This document shows positions 9,947 through 20,443 of a stretch of 64,000 nt of DNA, piece after piece; positions within the stretch are counted from its first letter, which is position 1, and the number at the start of each line of letters is the position of its first letter. The stretch is taken from the NCBI GenBank assembly GCA_965200155.1, contig CBDATR010000010.1:384001-448000 (forward strand). The letters run 5' to 3'. Source of the DNA: Nitrosopumilaceae archaeon. Its GTDB lineage: Archaea > Thermoproteota > Nitrososphaeria > Nitrososphaerales > Nitrosopumilaceae. Position numbers and translations under genes: made by a program. Below the pieces are notes generated by a model, which was not told the origin of the DNA, searched no databases, and saw only the letters and a program-made list of their open reading frames with translations.

Positions 9947-11473
9947 TCAGTTATTACTTTTCTGCCTAACAAATAGTGCCATTATTAACAACGATAGAAC
10001 CATTCCAAAAACTCCCTCATACATGCCTACTGCATAGATTAGTGCTGACCCAAAAAATACCGATGCGGAGAATATTCCACCGCCAACTAAGTTACTCTTG
10101 TTGTGTGTCCGGCTCCTGCCCATAAACTCCCGTATCTCCGGAATCAATGTTACTGCCGCGTCCAGCGAGCCCAACAGGCGTCCGAACTGCCCCTTCATCT
10201 CCTCCACATACCCGTCCCATGCCATATTCTCCTGGTCCAGAATATCCCGCAAGACTGTCACAAAACGAAAGTCCACCTTGTGGGTCTTGTATATACCCTC
10301 TATTATGGAGGCCATTCTCATATAGAGCGCCAAATTTTTGGGTAACAGAAACGGAAAGCGGCTCATAGTGCGGTTTGCTAGCTCCATGAGCCCTCTCACC
10401 TCTACCTCGTCCGGCCTTCTGCCATGCATGGCTTCGATGGTAAGTTGCATGGCCTTCTCCATCACACTTCTGTCATATCCGGGAGCAAGCATGCCTAACT
10501 CGTCCATCGCGTTGATAGTGCGTGATGGGTTCCTGTCCACCAGCGCCAAATACAGCCGTATGAGCCTTATCCTAGTTGTCTGGTCCAACCGGCCTACCAT
10601 CCCAAAGTCGTACAGGATTATCCGCCCTTGCGTGTCCACCGATATGTTGCCTGGGTGTGGATCCGCGTGAAATAGCGAATGGCGCAACAACATGGTAAAG
10701 AAAACACGATGAATATCCACTATGAGCGACTTGCGGTCTATACCCCTCTTGTCCAAGGCTTCTACATCGGTGATTTTGATCCCTGGCATGTACTCCATGA
10801 CCAGAACAGATTCTGTAGAGTACGTCTCATACATTTGTGGAATCCGTACATTCTTGTATTCTTGCATGTTCTTCTTTATGGTCTGTAAGTTGGCCGCTTC
10901 CTTAACATAGTCCATCTCTTCCTGTATGGACTCGATAAATTGCGACAGTATGGCTTTGGCGGAGAATCGCAAGTTGGGGTCTACAAACGTCAATGCCCGA
11001 GGCAGGACCCTGCTTAGTACGGCAATGTCCAAGTCCACTACCTTCTTGATACCGGGCCGCCTGATCTTTATCACTACCTCCTTGCCCGCGAGCCTTGCTC
11101 TGTATACCTGCCCTAGGGAAGCTCCGGATATGGCCTCTGCATCTATGCTCTCAAATATATCATCTATGACACCTAACTCCTTCTCCAATATCGACTTTAC
11201 GTCCTTAAACGGAGCAGCAGGAACATTATCCTGTAGCTTGGCTAGCTCTATCATGTATGGCTGTGGGAGTATGTCTGCCCTGGAGGAAAGCCATTGTCCC
11301 AGTTTTATGTAGACCGGGCCCAGTGACACAAAAGCTCTTAGGGCCCTGTTGGCGTTCTTTGTGTACTTGGCATAGCTCCCCCGGTTATGAGACCACCTCT
11401 TCCTGTCCCGGCGCAGGGCCAAAATTACAGGCAAAAGCCGGACTAATACTTGCGCCGTCCTGATGATGGGCAA
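9947..11473 (-). CDS. AarF/UbiB/ABC1 family atypical protein kinase
   Basis: GPVYIKLGQWLSSRAD, ASLGQVYRA, HADPHPGN, DFGM; likely TTG start at 11473. Confidence 0.92.
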   Translation of the reverse strand: MPIIRTAQVLVRLLPVILALRRDRKRWSHNRGSYAKYTKNANRALRAFVSLGPVYIKLGQWLSSRADILPQPYMIELAKLQDNVPAAPFKDVKSILEKELGVIDDIFESIDAEAISGASLGQVYRARLAGKEVVIKIRRPGIKKVVDLDIAVLSRVLPRALTFVDPNLRFSAKAILSQFIESIQEEMDYVKEAANLQTIKKNMQEYKNVRIPQMYETYSTESVLVMEYMPGIKITDVEALDKRGIDRKSLIVDIHRVFFTMLLRHSLFHADPHPGNISVDTQGRIILYDFGMVGRLDQTTRIRLIRLYLALVDRNPSRTINAMDELGMLAPGYDRSVMEKAMQLTIEAMHGRRPDEVEVRGLMELANRTMSRFPFLLPKNLALYMRMASIIEGIYKTHKVDFRFVTVLRDILDQENMAWDGYVEEMKGQFGRLLGSLDAAVTLIPEIREFMGRSRTHNKSNLVGGGIFSASVFFGSALIYAVGMYEGVFGMVLSLLIMALFVRQKSNN

Positions 11474-11475
11474 GC

Positions 11476-11850
11476 CTATTTCCTCTTTAGCGAACTGGCT
11501 GTATCCATTCCAATCTTGAATAATATTGGCACTAGTATTGCTCCTGCAATTATACCTACTAGCAGAGAGCCGGTTTCTTTCCTTACCGCATTTCCGGCAT
11601 ATATGCCAACTGCGCCGCCTAGAATGCCTCCCAGAAACTCTGGCGCATCGTGTACTATGTGCCCCACCGGATCCTGGCGGGGATCCACTGTATCCTCGTG
11701 CATGGTATAATGATCTTTGTATTCTCGTATGTGCATCCTGCCATGTCTGTACTGCTTCATGGCGCCTTGGAGATGTCCCATCCAAGTCTCCTGCATCTTG
11801 TCTAGTATCGGTTCTCCTGCATCTTTGCGAATTATTATCTCTCTTGCCAT
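11476..11850 (-). CDS. Hypothetical membrane protein with glycine-zipper
   Basis: H.REY.DHY..H.D.VDP..DP.GH..HDAPE then GGILGGAVG TM segment; stop abuts the kinase start. Confidence 0.65.
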   Translation of the reverse strand: MAREIIIRKDAGEPILDKMQETWMGHLQGAMKQYRHGRMHIREYKDHYTMHEDTVDPRQDPVGHIVHDAPEFLGGILGGAVGIYAGNAVRKETGSLLVGIIAGAILVPILFKIGMDTASSLKRK

Positions 11851-12470
11851 ATGTGTATGTAAGTTGAGTGTGGTTATAACATGTTTGTGCCAATATCCTG
11901 GAAAATCAAGAGTGTGAGTTCCCCTGTGCTCCACACAATTGAGTAGAGTGTGAACAATGGCAGTGACCCTTTAGGCCAGCCCTAAGATGGTGCCCAGCTC
12001 ACAAATCGTATTGGCGTCGTTGTTCAGTGCGTAAATGTAGAAATAGGCAAGTTCATCTTGTGTGACAATGATGCCCATTCCGGTTTACTGTTAGACGATA
12101 CGTTCAAGCTAGTCGTAAACTTGGAATTTGAGCTACTCAGGTATTGCATAGCTACTTTGGGGGGACTTGAACGGTTACCTCATGATAGTAACCGTTTAGG
12201 TCGCGTTAAAGATCAACACCTAGACGGTAAATTCATGGGCATATGGCAGTCACCATAAGTCTTGACGGTGATTTTCCATAAAATATCACAACAGGGATGG
12301 CAGACAGGCTGAATCAGCAGATGTAAGTAATGTACTCTACCATACTTTATGGACATGGAATACTTCATGATGAGTTTAGCGGCGTATAATGACTGTGCAT
12401 ATGTATGGGCCTCGCGCACAAAAATCCACCACTTATTCCCTGATCAGAGTGACATGAAATGGTGTACCAA

Positions 12471-13254
12471 CTACTTTGTAGGTAACCTAGTTTGGCCTTT
12501 TGTACTATACCGGCCGATACGGATGTGCTTTCCGCACCGCCTGCATTTTTTGAATCGCCTCTTCTGCCTTGGGTAGCTGGGTTCCCCCTTGCGTACTGAT
12601 TCCATGATTGGCAGTATTAATCCATCAGCTGGTTTTCTGTTCCAGAATTTGTTAAAATCATAATCGAACTTATGGCCATCTTTGAAATCATACACTGCCT
12701 GCTTGTGGTAATTGATATCCGAATATCGTATGGAGTGATCCATCCCCCTCTTGAGTAAGCTCCAGAATTCCTCGACCGGATTCAGGTACGGATGTCCAAC
12801 CGGATACTCTATTATGATTGTGTCCCGATCAGCAAAGAATTCTTTGGCCTTCCTTGAGGTGTATCATGTCCACGAATAGTACCATCTTGCCCACCTTGTT
12901 ATGCATGTGATCCAGGAAATTCTCTGTATCTATGACCGTATAATCATCAAGGAATACCCTGCCGTCATTAATCATGGTACCGGTCATGGAGAACCGGTAT
13001 CGCCCGCCGGTTCATACCATGAGTACGCGTCTGCCTGCAGGGGCCCAGAATCGCGCAGATAATCTCTCGGTCTTGAAATAGGATTCATCCGGTAACAATG
13101 GCATAATCCATCTTTATGTAACGTGCAACCTTTTCTGACATTTCTTGCCTCCATTTTTTTACGTCTTCCATTGAATCACGATTCATGTGGATGGGGGATG
13201 ACTTTTTGTTGGGGCAACCCCACTTTTTGTCGTAACGCTTGAACCTGATTTGCG
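12471..13254 (-). pseudogene. IS630-family transposase remnant, 5' end truncated at a MITE
   Basis: Minus strand reads PVGHPYLNPVEEFWSLLKR (IS630 NPxE..W motif) and FSMTGTMINDGR; multiple frameshifts. Confidence 0.75.
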
Positions 13255-13346
13255 GTGTGAGTTCACCTGTGTCTAAATTTACGCATAACTGATCGTGACA
13301 GTTAATGTGATTTGTGCATAAGATTCCAGAAGACGTGAACTCATAC
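13255..13346. mobile_element. IS66-type MITE (92 bp), no TSD
   Basis: GTGTGAGTTCAC...GTGAACTCATAC; flanks GATTTGCG / CATACGTT differ. Confidence 0.93.
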
Positions 13347-13476
13347 CATACGTTAGTGCTGGCAGGTGCCATTAACATTGGTTTGTTCATGCTTGACGGA
13401 TTGTGTGTCATAAAATACACCCCAGTTTGAAGCAACATGGGCTGTTACTGTCAATCATGCGTGTAATGTATGAAAA

Positions 13477-14427
13477 TGTAATGTATGAAAAGTCGGTCCG
13501 CTAGTCATTGGCATCCCGCTCCATCTATTTTGCATCATTTACCCTAATTGTCTGGATCGCCTTTTTATTCCTGAAGCGGCGTTTCGCCGTTATCTATCCA
13601 GTGAGAAGTGCAACCTTCTCTCATTGTAGTAGTCCATATAATCCCGGAGACTGTCATGATGTCCTATCTCATCCTCAATCGTTCTGTGTAAGCGCTCCAG
13701 TTTGCCATTTGTCTGCGGGTGGCATGGTCTGGAACTGATTAGTATGATGTATTGATCCAGCAGTTCTTCCTAGAATAGTGGGCTTCCAGTTCTTTTTGCC
13801 CCTTTATTGTCCTACGAAACACGCGCCGTTATCAGATAGTATGGATGCAGGGGCGCCGAATCTCTTTATCGCCAGTCTCAGTAATAGAGTGGCGTTCTCT
13901 GAGGTTACATGCCCAAATAGTGCCGCCCCGACGATGCACCTAGATGCATCATCTATGAGATTCAGTCCCCTGAAGCGCTCATCTTTCATGACATGTCAAT
14001 GCCACATTGCATTGGAATATTTACGCTCATAGCGTACCCACTCTGACTTTGCAGGTGATGATCCTGCCGTACCGTTCTTTTTCATTATGCGATATACTGC
14101 GCGATATGATATATTGTAATTCTGTCTAAGTCTCTTTGCAATACGTACTACTCCGGCGGGATCCTTGTGATATGCTTCCGTTACCATTCGTATCTGGGTG
14201 GCGGTGATTGGTATCATGGGCCCGCCCATCTTTACTCGAGTCGTTCCCGTTTTCTGGTTCACAATATTCGTACGTGTCTTGTTTCAGGTCTTGAGCTATT
14301 TTGGTGGCGGCAACGCCTCTTTTGTCTTGATTCCTCTGTTATTCTCTCTACCATATCATTTCGTGGCTTGTGCAATCTGAACTACTGTACGCCGGATCCT
14401 GATCGGACTTACTTTTCGTACTATTGA
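13477..14427 (-). mobile_element. IS481-family element, defective copy A
   Basis: Ends TGTAATGTATGAAAAGT / TCAATAGTACGAAAAGT; RYERKYSNAMWH, IDDASR, ILSDNG, PQTNGKLER motifs; frameshifts. Confidence 0.88.
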
Positions 14428-14481
14428 ACCACGCCCATGATACTCAAAGTTAAAATTTGACATGAATTACATCCGCAAGTA

Positions 14482-14838
14482 GTGTCTACTGATAATGCGG
14501 ATGAGAAACCCAAGCCTCGGGAATACACCAAAGAGGAGATTGCAGATATTGCCCGTAAGGTAGAGCTGTTCCAGGACCAGACTCCCGAGTATAATCCCAG
14601 TCATATACTAAGCCCCGAGTACAAGGGTACCTCCAACTATGAGGAGGGTATCCGTCTGGTACGTAAGGAGACCGTTGCACTCTTGGAGTCCCTACAGGAG
14701 AATCCTGATGGTAATGCACAAAGGATACGGCTGGCACAGGAAGATCTCAAGACCCTAGATCACCTGTATGAGAATTATCACATAGGCATGAACGTCTTTC
14801 GTACAGCTACAGGCGGGCGCAGCAAACTCCGCAAGTAG
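14482..14838 (+). CDS. Hypothetical protein
   Basis: 118-aa ORF with charged helical composition, ending GMNVFRTATGGRSK. Confidence 0.7.
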   Translation: MSTDNADEKPKPREYTKEEIADIARKVELFQDQTPEYNPSHILSPEYKGTSNYEEGIRLVRKETVALLESLQENPDGNAQRIRLAQEDLKTLDHLYENYHIGMNVFRTATGGRSKLRK

Positions 14839-15319
14839 CTTATGAGTAGGGTGATGACTAAAGTTTGGTCATCTCACGGTATGCATTTGTGTATATTTGT
14901 AGTGGCGTACCTGCATTGTGTCCCATATGGCATGAATCGTAAACGTTTATGCCGTTCCGAATTGATTCATGGTACAAAATCCGGTAAGAAATGATCCCAC
15001 GTCAATCCTAACCCTGCCTTGTAAACGAAGCGGCAGGATTTAGTCTCTGTTGGTGTATACCGGAAAATTGCTTGAGCGACCTACATGAACTCACCAATCA
15101 CGTGACAAATATCAACTCCGTACGATTTGTATATAAAATTGGTGAATACATGAGTGAATAGCATTATGTGGTCTTGCCAGTGACATGTTGCGGTACCATA
15201 ATACCACTACCCTGGTATCACATCGTGATTCCAGCGTTCAAAAGCGTACTATCATCTATTTTCTGTCAAGTCCGATTCCTGGTGTTATTTGTCTGACTGC
15301 CTATTTTGCATCTTTAGTG

Positions 15320-15420
15320 GTATGAGTTCACCTGTGTCTAAATTTACGCATAACTGATGGAACAGGTTGTTCTAGTTAATGTGATTTGTGCATAAGATTC
15401 CGGAAGACGTGAACTCATAC
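15320..15420. mobile_element. IS66-type MITE (101-bp variant), TSD CTTTAGTG
   Basis: TIRs intact; identical 8-bp flanks. Confidence 0.95.
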
Positions 15421-15476
15421 CTTTAGTGACGTAACGACGTCCCTGATATACTGCTTAAACCACTTGACTCTCTCTT

Positions 15477-15577
15477 GTATGAGTTCACCTGTGTCTAAAT
15501 TTACGCACAACTGATGGAACAGGTTGTTCTAGTTAATGTGATTTGTGCATAAGATTCCGGAAGACGTGAACTCATAC
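15477..15577. mobile_element. IS66-type MITE (101-bp variant), no TSD
   Basis: TIRs intact; flanks TCTCTCTT / AAGTATTT differ. Confidence 0.93.
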
Positions 15578-15582
15578 AAGTA

Positions 15583-15590
15583 TTTTATAA
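15583..15590 (+). promoter_or_regulatory. Putative TATA box of the cbiG-cbiX-cbiC operon
   Basis: TTTTATAA about 20 nt upstream of ATG 15611 (leaderless geometry). Confidence 0.5.
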
Positions 15591-15610
15591 TCCGCGCGAC
15601 ACTGTTAATC

Positions 15611-16657
15611 ATGAATGTCGCCATACTTGCCATAACAAAAAATGGTGTAAATATTGCCATTGATTTGGCACAAAAATTCACAAACATGACCGTTTTTGCC
15701 CCAAAAAAGCTGGATAATGGCGCACCTCATATTCAGTGGTACAGCGACTCCACCCCTGACATACTGGGCAGGCTATTCTCCCGGTATCCGGGAATTGTTT
15801 GTATATTTTCATTAGGCGCCGTCGTGCGACTTATTGCACCACACTTGAAAAGCAAAAAGGTGGATCCCGCCATACTAGTAATCGATGATAAACTCAATTA
15901 TGTCATTAGTGTATTATCGGGCCACATAGGCGGAGCCAACCAGCTAGCCCGGGATATGGCAAGCCGGACCGGTGCCATACCAGTAATAACTACTGCCGCG
16001 GATGTGAACAATACCATAGCCGTAGATTTGGTGGGGAGAGACTTGGGGTGGCGCATAGAGGATGACTCAACAGTAACCGCTACCAGCGCACACATGGTAA
16101 ATAATGACAAAATAGGTCTATACCAGGATGCCGGTGAGCGAAACTGGTGGCCCGGCTCACTGCCTGGCAACGTCCATGTATATGATAACATTGATACCCT
16201 CCGTCAGTCAAACTGTAGTGCCTTTCTTGTAATAACTGACGGGCTACTACCAGATGATTTAATGAAGAAAAGCGTAGTGTACCGGCCGCCGTCTTTGGTT
16301 GTGGGTGTGGGCCTCCACCATGACACTACGGCGCATACAATTATACGCGGGCTTGAGACATCACTGTACAAGTACAATATGAGCATGTTGTCTGTAGCAA
16401 AACTGGTCTCGGTGAAAAAACCCAAACCCGTCAAGGGACTACAGGAGGCTGGTCAAATCCTGAATGTGCCCGTGGAACTGTTGGATAGGGAGTCCTTGGC
16501 AAAGGTGGCCACGCCAAACCCCTCTGCGGTGGTTGAGCGTTTTGAGGGTACGCCCAGTGTATCCGAAGCTGCTGCCCTCCTAGTATCTGGGGGTGATTTG
16601 ATTATAAAAAAGCAAAAATTCCCTCCGAATCTTACTATTGCGGTGGCCAGTAAATGA
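15611..16657 (+). CDS. cbiG: Cobalt-precorrin-5A hydrolase
   Basis: GAVVRLIAPHL.SK..DPA, SGHIGGAN, VITTA, SVSEAAAL; ORF-track extension to 15545 is MITE sequence. Confidence 0.93.
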   Translation: MNVAILAITKNGVNIAIDLAQKFTNMTVFAPKKLDNGAPHIQWYSDSTPDILGRLFSRYPGIVCIFSLGAVVRLIAPHLKSKKVDPAILVIDDKLNYVISVLSGHIGGANQLARDMASRTGAIPVITTAADVNNTIAVDLVGRDLGWRIEDDSTVTATSAHMVNNDKIGLYQDAGERNWWPGSLPGNVHVYDNIDTLRQSNCSAFLVITDGLLPDDLMKKSVVYRPPSLVVGVGLHHDTTAHTIIRGLETSLYKYNMSMLSVAKLVSVKKPKPVKGLQEAGQILNVPVELLDRESLAKVATPNPSAVVERFEGTPSVSEAAALLVSGGDLIIKKQKFPPNLTIAVASK

Positions 16658-17406
16658 GGCGCGGATTACTTATCATAGACAGGGGGAGTCGCGAGAAAGA
16701 AGCTCACGATGAAATGCGCGTAATAACTCAGCGGGCCATGTCTGGAGGTCAGTATGACTACGCGGACTATTGCTTTTTGGAAGTTTTGCCCCCCTTCATA
16801 GATGATGCCATGAAAAAATGCCTGACACAAAAACTCGATACACTGACCATTGTGCCCTACTTTCTTTATCCGGGCAAAAAGGTAAAGGTAGCAGTTCGGG
16901 ATGCCATGAAATACCAGGAAAAGACAGAGATAAAATTTCTGGTAACAAGACCCATGAGTATGCATCCAACTATGGTCCAATTGGTGGATAATCGTGTTCA
17001 GGCTGCTCTACTAGAGTATGGTCATACCATTCCGCGTCAAGATACTGACGTACTCATAATTGGACACGGCAGCACTGATATCAATGCCCAAATGTCCATC
17101 AACTACGTGGTAAAGAATCTGCAACAGACGTACCGTCGAGTCTCCCGCTGCTTCTTGGAGATAGAGCAGCCAGACATAAACGCGGGCATCCAGTCATGCC
17201 AGAAAGATAATCCCAAAGTCTTGGCGGTAGTCTTTTACTTTCTACATGAGGGCGCTCATGTTAAGCGGGACATAAATGCGGATTTATTACCTGCACTGGA
17301 AAAATCAACCATCCAAAATGTCTGTATAACAAAACACTTGGGTACAGATGACAAAATGATCAACTTGATACTTGAGCGCGCACGGGAGGTAGAGGGTGCA
17401 GACTAG
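16654..17406 (+). CDS. cbiX: Sirohydrochlorin cobaltochelatase (two CbiX domains)
   Basis: RGSR...FLE..P, IGHGS, FLHEGAHVKRDI, HLG motifs. Confidence 0.9.
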   Translation: MRRGLLIIDRGSREKEAHDEMRVITQRAMSGGQYDYADYCFLEVLPPFIDDAMKKCLTQKLDTLTIVPYFLYPGKKVKVAVRDAMKYQEKTEIKFLVTRPMSMHPTMVQLVDNRVQAALLEYGHTIPRQDTDVLIIGHGSTDINAQMSINYVVKNLQQTYRRVSRCFLEIEQPDINAGIQSCQKDNPKVLAVVFYFLHEGAHVKRDINADLLPALEKSTIQNVCITKHLGTDDKMINLILERAREVEGAD

Positions 17407-18034
17407 AAAGGGTCAATCCATAGAGGATGCTAGCATGGCCATAATCGATGATGAGATAGGCTCCCATCCATACAGTCAAGAAGAGTGGCCAATTGTGCGC
17501 CGAATAATACATTCGACTGCGGATTTTGACTTTGCCCGGGAGGGTGGTATTTTATTTCATGAATCTGCAATACATAATGGAATGGAATCTCTCAAGAACG
17601 GCTGCAACATAATCTGTGATGTAAATGGTGTCCTGGGTCTGCTCAACAAGCAGAACCTTGCGGAGTTTGGAAATGATGCCTTCTGCCGCATATCTGATCC
17701 CGCGGTGGTAAAGATTGCCCATGAACAGAATATTACCCGTGCCAAGGCATCCATGCGATACAGCGTAAATGAAATGGATAATGCAGTGGCTGTCATTGGT
17801 AACGCGCCCACTGCACTATTGGAGTTAATATCAATGATGCGAGATGACTTAACACATCCGTCCCTTGTGGTTGGCTTGCCTGTGGGGTTCATACAGGCAG
17901 CCGAGTCCAAGGCTGAGCTTGCTGCGCTATCTGGCGCTGCTCCATATGTGACAAATCGCGGTAGGAAGGGCGGTAGCGCCGCGGCCGCCGCAGTAATTAA
18001 TGCACTCTTTAAGATTATACGCTCATCTTCTTGA
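17396..18034 (+). CDS. cbiC: Precorrin-8X methylmutase
   Basis: IHSTADFD, IGNAPTALL, GLPVGF, GRKGGS. Confidence 0.95.
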   Translation: MQTRKGQSIEDASMAIIDDEIGSHPYSQEEWPIVRRIIHSTADFDFAREGGILFHESAIHNGMESLKNGCNIICDVNGVLGLLNKQNLAEFGNDAFCRISDPAVVKIAHEQNITRAKASMRYSVNEMDNAVAVIGNAPTALLELISMMRDDLTHPSLVVGLPVGFIQAAESKAELAALSGAAPYVTNRGRKGGSAAAAAVINALFKIIRSSS

Positions 18035-19369
18035 GTATGAGACACACCGGTGTATCATATTTTGTGCCATACCTTTGCCTAGGTATAGGTGCCCGTATGA
18101 TGCCATGGCTTCGTGTGATATGATGCCGTCCTTTCCGTCTATAATACCAGTACCCATACTCAGTTCTTGTGCAAATCTTGAATCCTCTGACACACCTTCT
18201 AGCGCGGAGTAGTGGAACTCGTGACCCCGGAAGGTCGCATGTGATGTTACCAGCGGTCCCTCGCTCATTATGCCCTGCGTGTATCCTAGGGTTGCCTTAT
18301 TCTTCATGACCGTGGTAACATCAAAGATGCCTGTCATGCGGAACTTCTTGCCATCATGTGTTATGTCCTTGGCCAGGTACATCAGCCCACCACACTCAGC
18401 ATATGTGGGGGCCCCGTCCTGTATGATTTTCTTTATTGCGTGCAACATGGCATCATTATTCTGTAATATGTCTCCCCGCACCTCTGGAAAGCCTCCTCCG
18501 ATATAGAGTCCGTCCACCTCCGGCAAGGATCCTGTCTCGGGACTAAAGAGATGAATCTCCGCTCCTGAATTTCTTAGCCGCTCCAGATTGTCCTTGTAGT
18601 AAAAGTTAAAGCTGCCGTCTAGCGCCACACCAATCCTAGTTTTGGCTTCCATAACTTTGGCTGTCTTGGGCGCCTTGATGGGTTCTGCTGATTTTGCCAG
18701 ATGCAGTATGTGCGCCATATCTAGGTGATCCATTATAAAACTGGCTTGCCTCATTACGTCCTTCTGAACTTCCATATCATGGGTGGCTGGAGCCAGCCCC
18801 AGGTGTCGCGACTTGAGTGCAATGTCTGGATTGCGCGGTATGACCCCTACTACCGGTACTCCCAGGGGAGCAATGGCTTTCACACACATCTCCTTGTGTC
18901 TACTGCTTCCTATATTGTTCAGAATTATGGCACTAATCCCGGACTTGGCAGAGAATCTAATAAAACCCAGAATGGTGGCAGCAACCGAGCGAGCCGCTCC
19001 CCGTGCATCGACAACAAGTATTACGGGGGAGCCAGTTATCTGCGCTATATGGTGAGTACTGGCCAAATTCCGGTTCCCCTCCAAGCCGTCATAGTATCCC
19101 ATAACGCCCTCGATGACTGATATGTCACGATTCGCATTACGGGAAAAGCTCTTGGCAACCCCACTCCTTCCCATTATCCACGCATCTAGGTTGTGTGCCT
19201 CTATACCCGCGGCGGCAGCTAGGTGCCCGGGATCTATATAGTCCGGTCCTGCCTTGAATGGCTGCACCGAGTATCCCATTGTAACAAGACCTCGTATTAT
19301 ACCACAGGTTACGCTGGTCTTTCCAACTCCGCTGCCGGTTCCAGCTATGACAAGTCTGTGGGCCTTCAA
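18023..19369 (-). CDS. cbiA: Cobyrinate a,c-diamide synthase
   Basis: SGVGKT, FKAGPDYIDP, EGVMG, AECGGLMYL, GHEFHYS. Confidence 0.95.
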   Translation of the reverse strand: MKAHRLVIAGTGSGVGKTSVTCGIIRGLVTMGYSVQPFKAGPDYIDPGHLAAAAGIEAHNLDAWIMGRSGVAKSFSRNANRDISVIEGVMGYYDGLEGNRNLASTHHIAQITGSPVILVVDARGAARSVAATILGFIRFSAKSGISAIILNNIGSSRHKEMCVKAIAPLGVPVVGVIPRNPDIALKSRHLGLAPATHDMEVQKDVMRQASFIMDHLDMAHILHLAKSAEPIKAPKTAKVMEAKTRIGVALDGSFNFYYKDNLERLRNSGAEIHLFSPETGSLPEVDGLYIGGGFPEVRGDILQNNDAMLHAIKKIIQDGAPTYAECGGLMYLAKDITHDGKKFRMTGIFDVTTVMKNKATLGYTQGIMSEGPLVTSHATFRGHEFHYSALEGVSEDSRFAQELSMGTGIIDGKDGIISHEAMASYGHLYLGKGMAQNMIHRCVSYSRR

Positions 19370-20406
19370 TCTGTCCTCTTTTTGATAAAATTGATGGGGC
19401 GTACAGGTGTGGGATCAACCTGATTCAGGACTGCAAGATAAATCGAGGTGTAGTCCAATGTGTATATGAGCCCAACCAACTTTGATATTATGTGCCCTTT
19501 TTGGGCGCGTACTATTCTATATTGTATGGAGTTCTCATCAAAGTATTCTGAGAAAATGTCCCACCTCTCCTTGGTCTTGGGGTTGTCATCGGGCCCACTT
19601 ATCATGATGGGACACACGGGCGCAGTTCTCTCCCATGCCACCAATCCGTTGTGACTGGCTTCCAGGACATCTTCGGTCATGGCGTGATTTTTGGCGTTCT
19701 CCTGCAGCGAGTTCTTGAACCGGGTGGCTGCTGCCTTGAATCCCCATGGATAATAGATTATTGGTATGCCCCGTATCCACTGTGCCAACTCCAAGGCTGG
19801 GTTACTATGCGTCATGTTCTGTGATCCTATCTGTGCATGAATTCGTACAATTTCCGCTATGGAATGGCGTACCTGAGTACGAGATACTATATCCTGACCC
19901 AATACCCCCAGCATGGTATACAGGAATGATACAAAGGATGCCCTCGGCGAGTGGATGAAACTTGCAACATGGCATGGAATGTTATTTCTGTCACAGTATT
20001 TAGATAGTTTCCCTCCAGAAGTGAATGCCACTTTATGGCACGGGGTCTCAGATGCCTTCCCCATGACACTCAGTGTCTCCGCGGTATCTCCGGATACACT
20101 ACTACACACAAGAAGCGTGTTGGCGTCGACAGTCTTGGGCAGGTTATATCCCTTGATCAGGCTTACGTGCTTGTCCGTACCTGATAGCAGGGCGGCAAAA
20201 AAGTCTCCCAAGGCTCCGGATCCACCCATGCCCACAAATACAATGTGGTTTATGTCCTCAATATCCATGGTTGTGGTGTTCCTCTCATAGGATTCCGCGG
20301 CAATCTTGGGCCATTGGTCGTATGCATGATGCATATGGGCTCTATCATACTTGGCAAGCATCTCGTAGTATGGCATCTCCTTGGATCCCAACGATGTGCA
20401 TACCAT
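19366..20406 (-). CDS. Bifunctional phosphoglucose/phosphomannose isomerase (SIS domain)
   Basis: GMGGSG, SVSGDTAET, TSGG, LQENAK, EASHN; start uncertain. Confidence 0.88.
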   Translation of the reverse strand: MVCTSLGSKEMPYYEMLAKYDRAHMHHAYDQWPKIAAESYERNTTTMDIEDINHIVFVGMGGSGALGDFFAALLSGTDKHVSLIKGYNLPKTVDANTLLVCSSVSGDTAETLSVMGKASETPCHKVAFTSGGKLSKYCDRNNIPCHVASFIHSPRASFVSFLYTMLGVLGQDIVSRTQVRHSIAEIVRIHAQIGSQNMTHSNPALELAQWIRGIPIIYYPWGFKAAATRFKNSLQENAKNHAMTEDVLEASHNGLVAWERTAPVCPIMISGPDDNPKTKERWDIFSEYFDENSIQYRIVRAQKGHIISKLVGLIYTLDYTSIYLAVLNQVDPTPVRPINFIKKRTD

Positions 20407-20443
20407 ATACCCTGTTTAAATATGGACCGGGAGTCCTTCAAGC

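Noticed and set aside
11474-11893. N-terminal 140-aa extension of the UbiB kinase in the ORF track
   Set aside because: Overlaps a better ORF (11476..11850) in another frame; kinase homology starts near 11473
13085-13438. ORFs containing 'YEFTSSGILCTNHINC.DQLCVNLDTGEL' (also 26825, 47022, 52367, and the cbiG extension from the other strand)
   Set aside because: Read-through translations of the stop-free MITE, not a protein family
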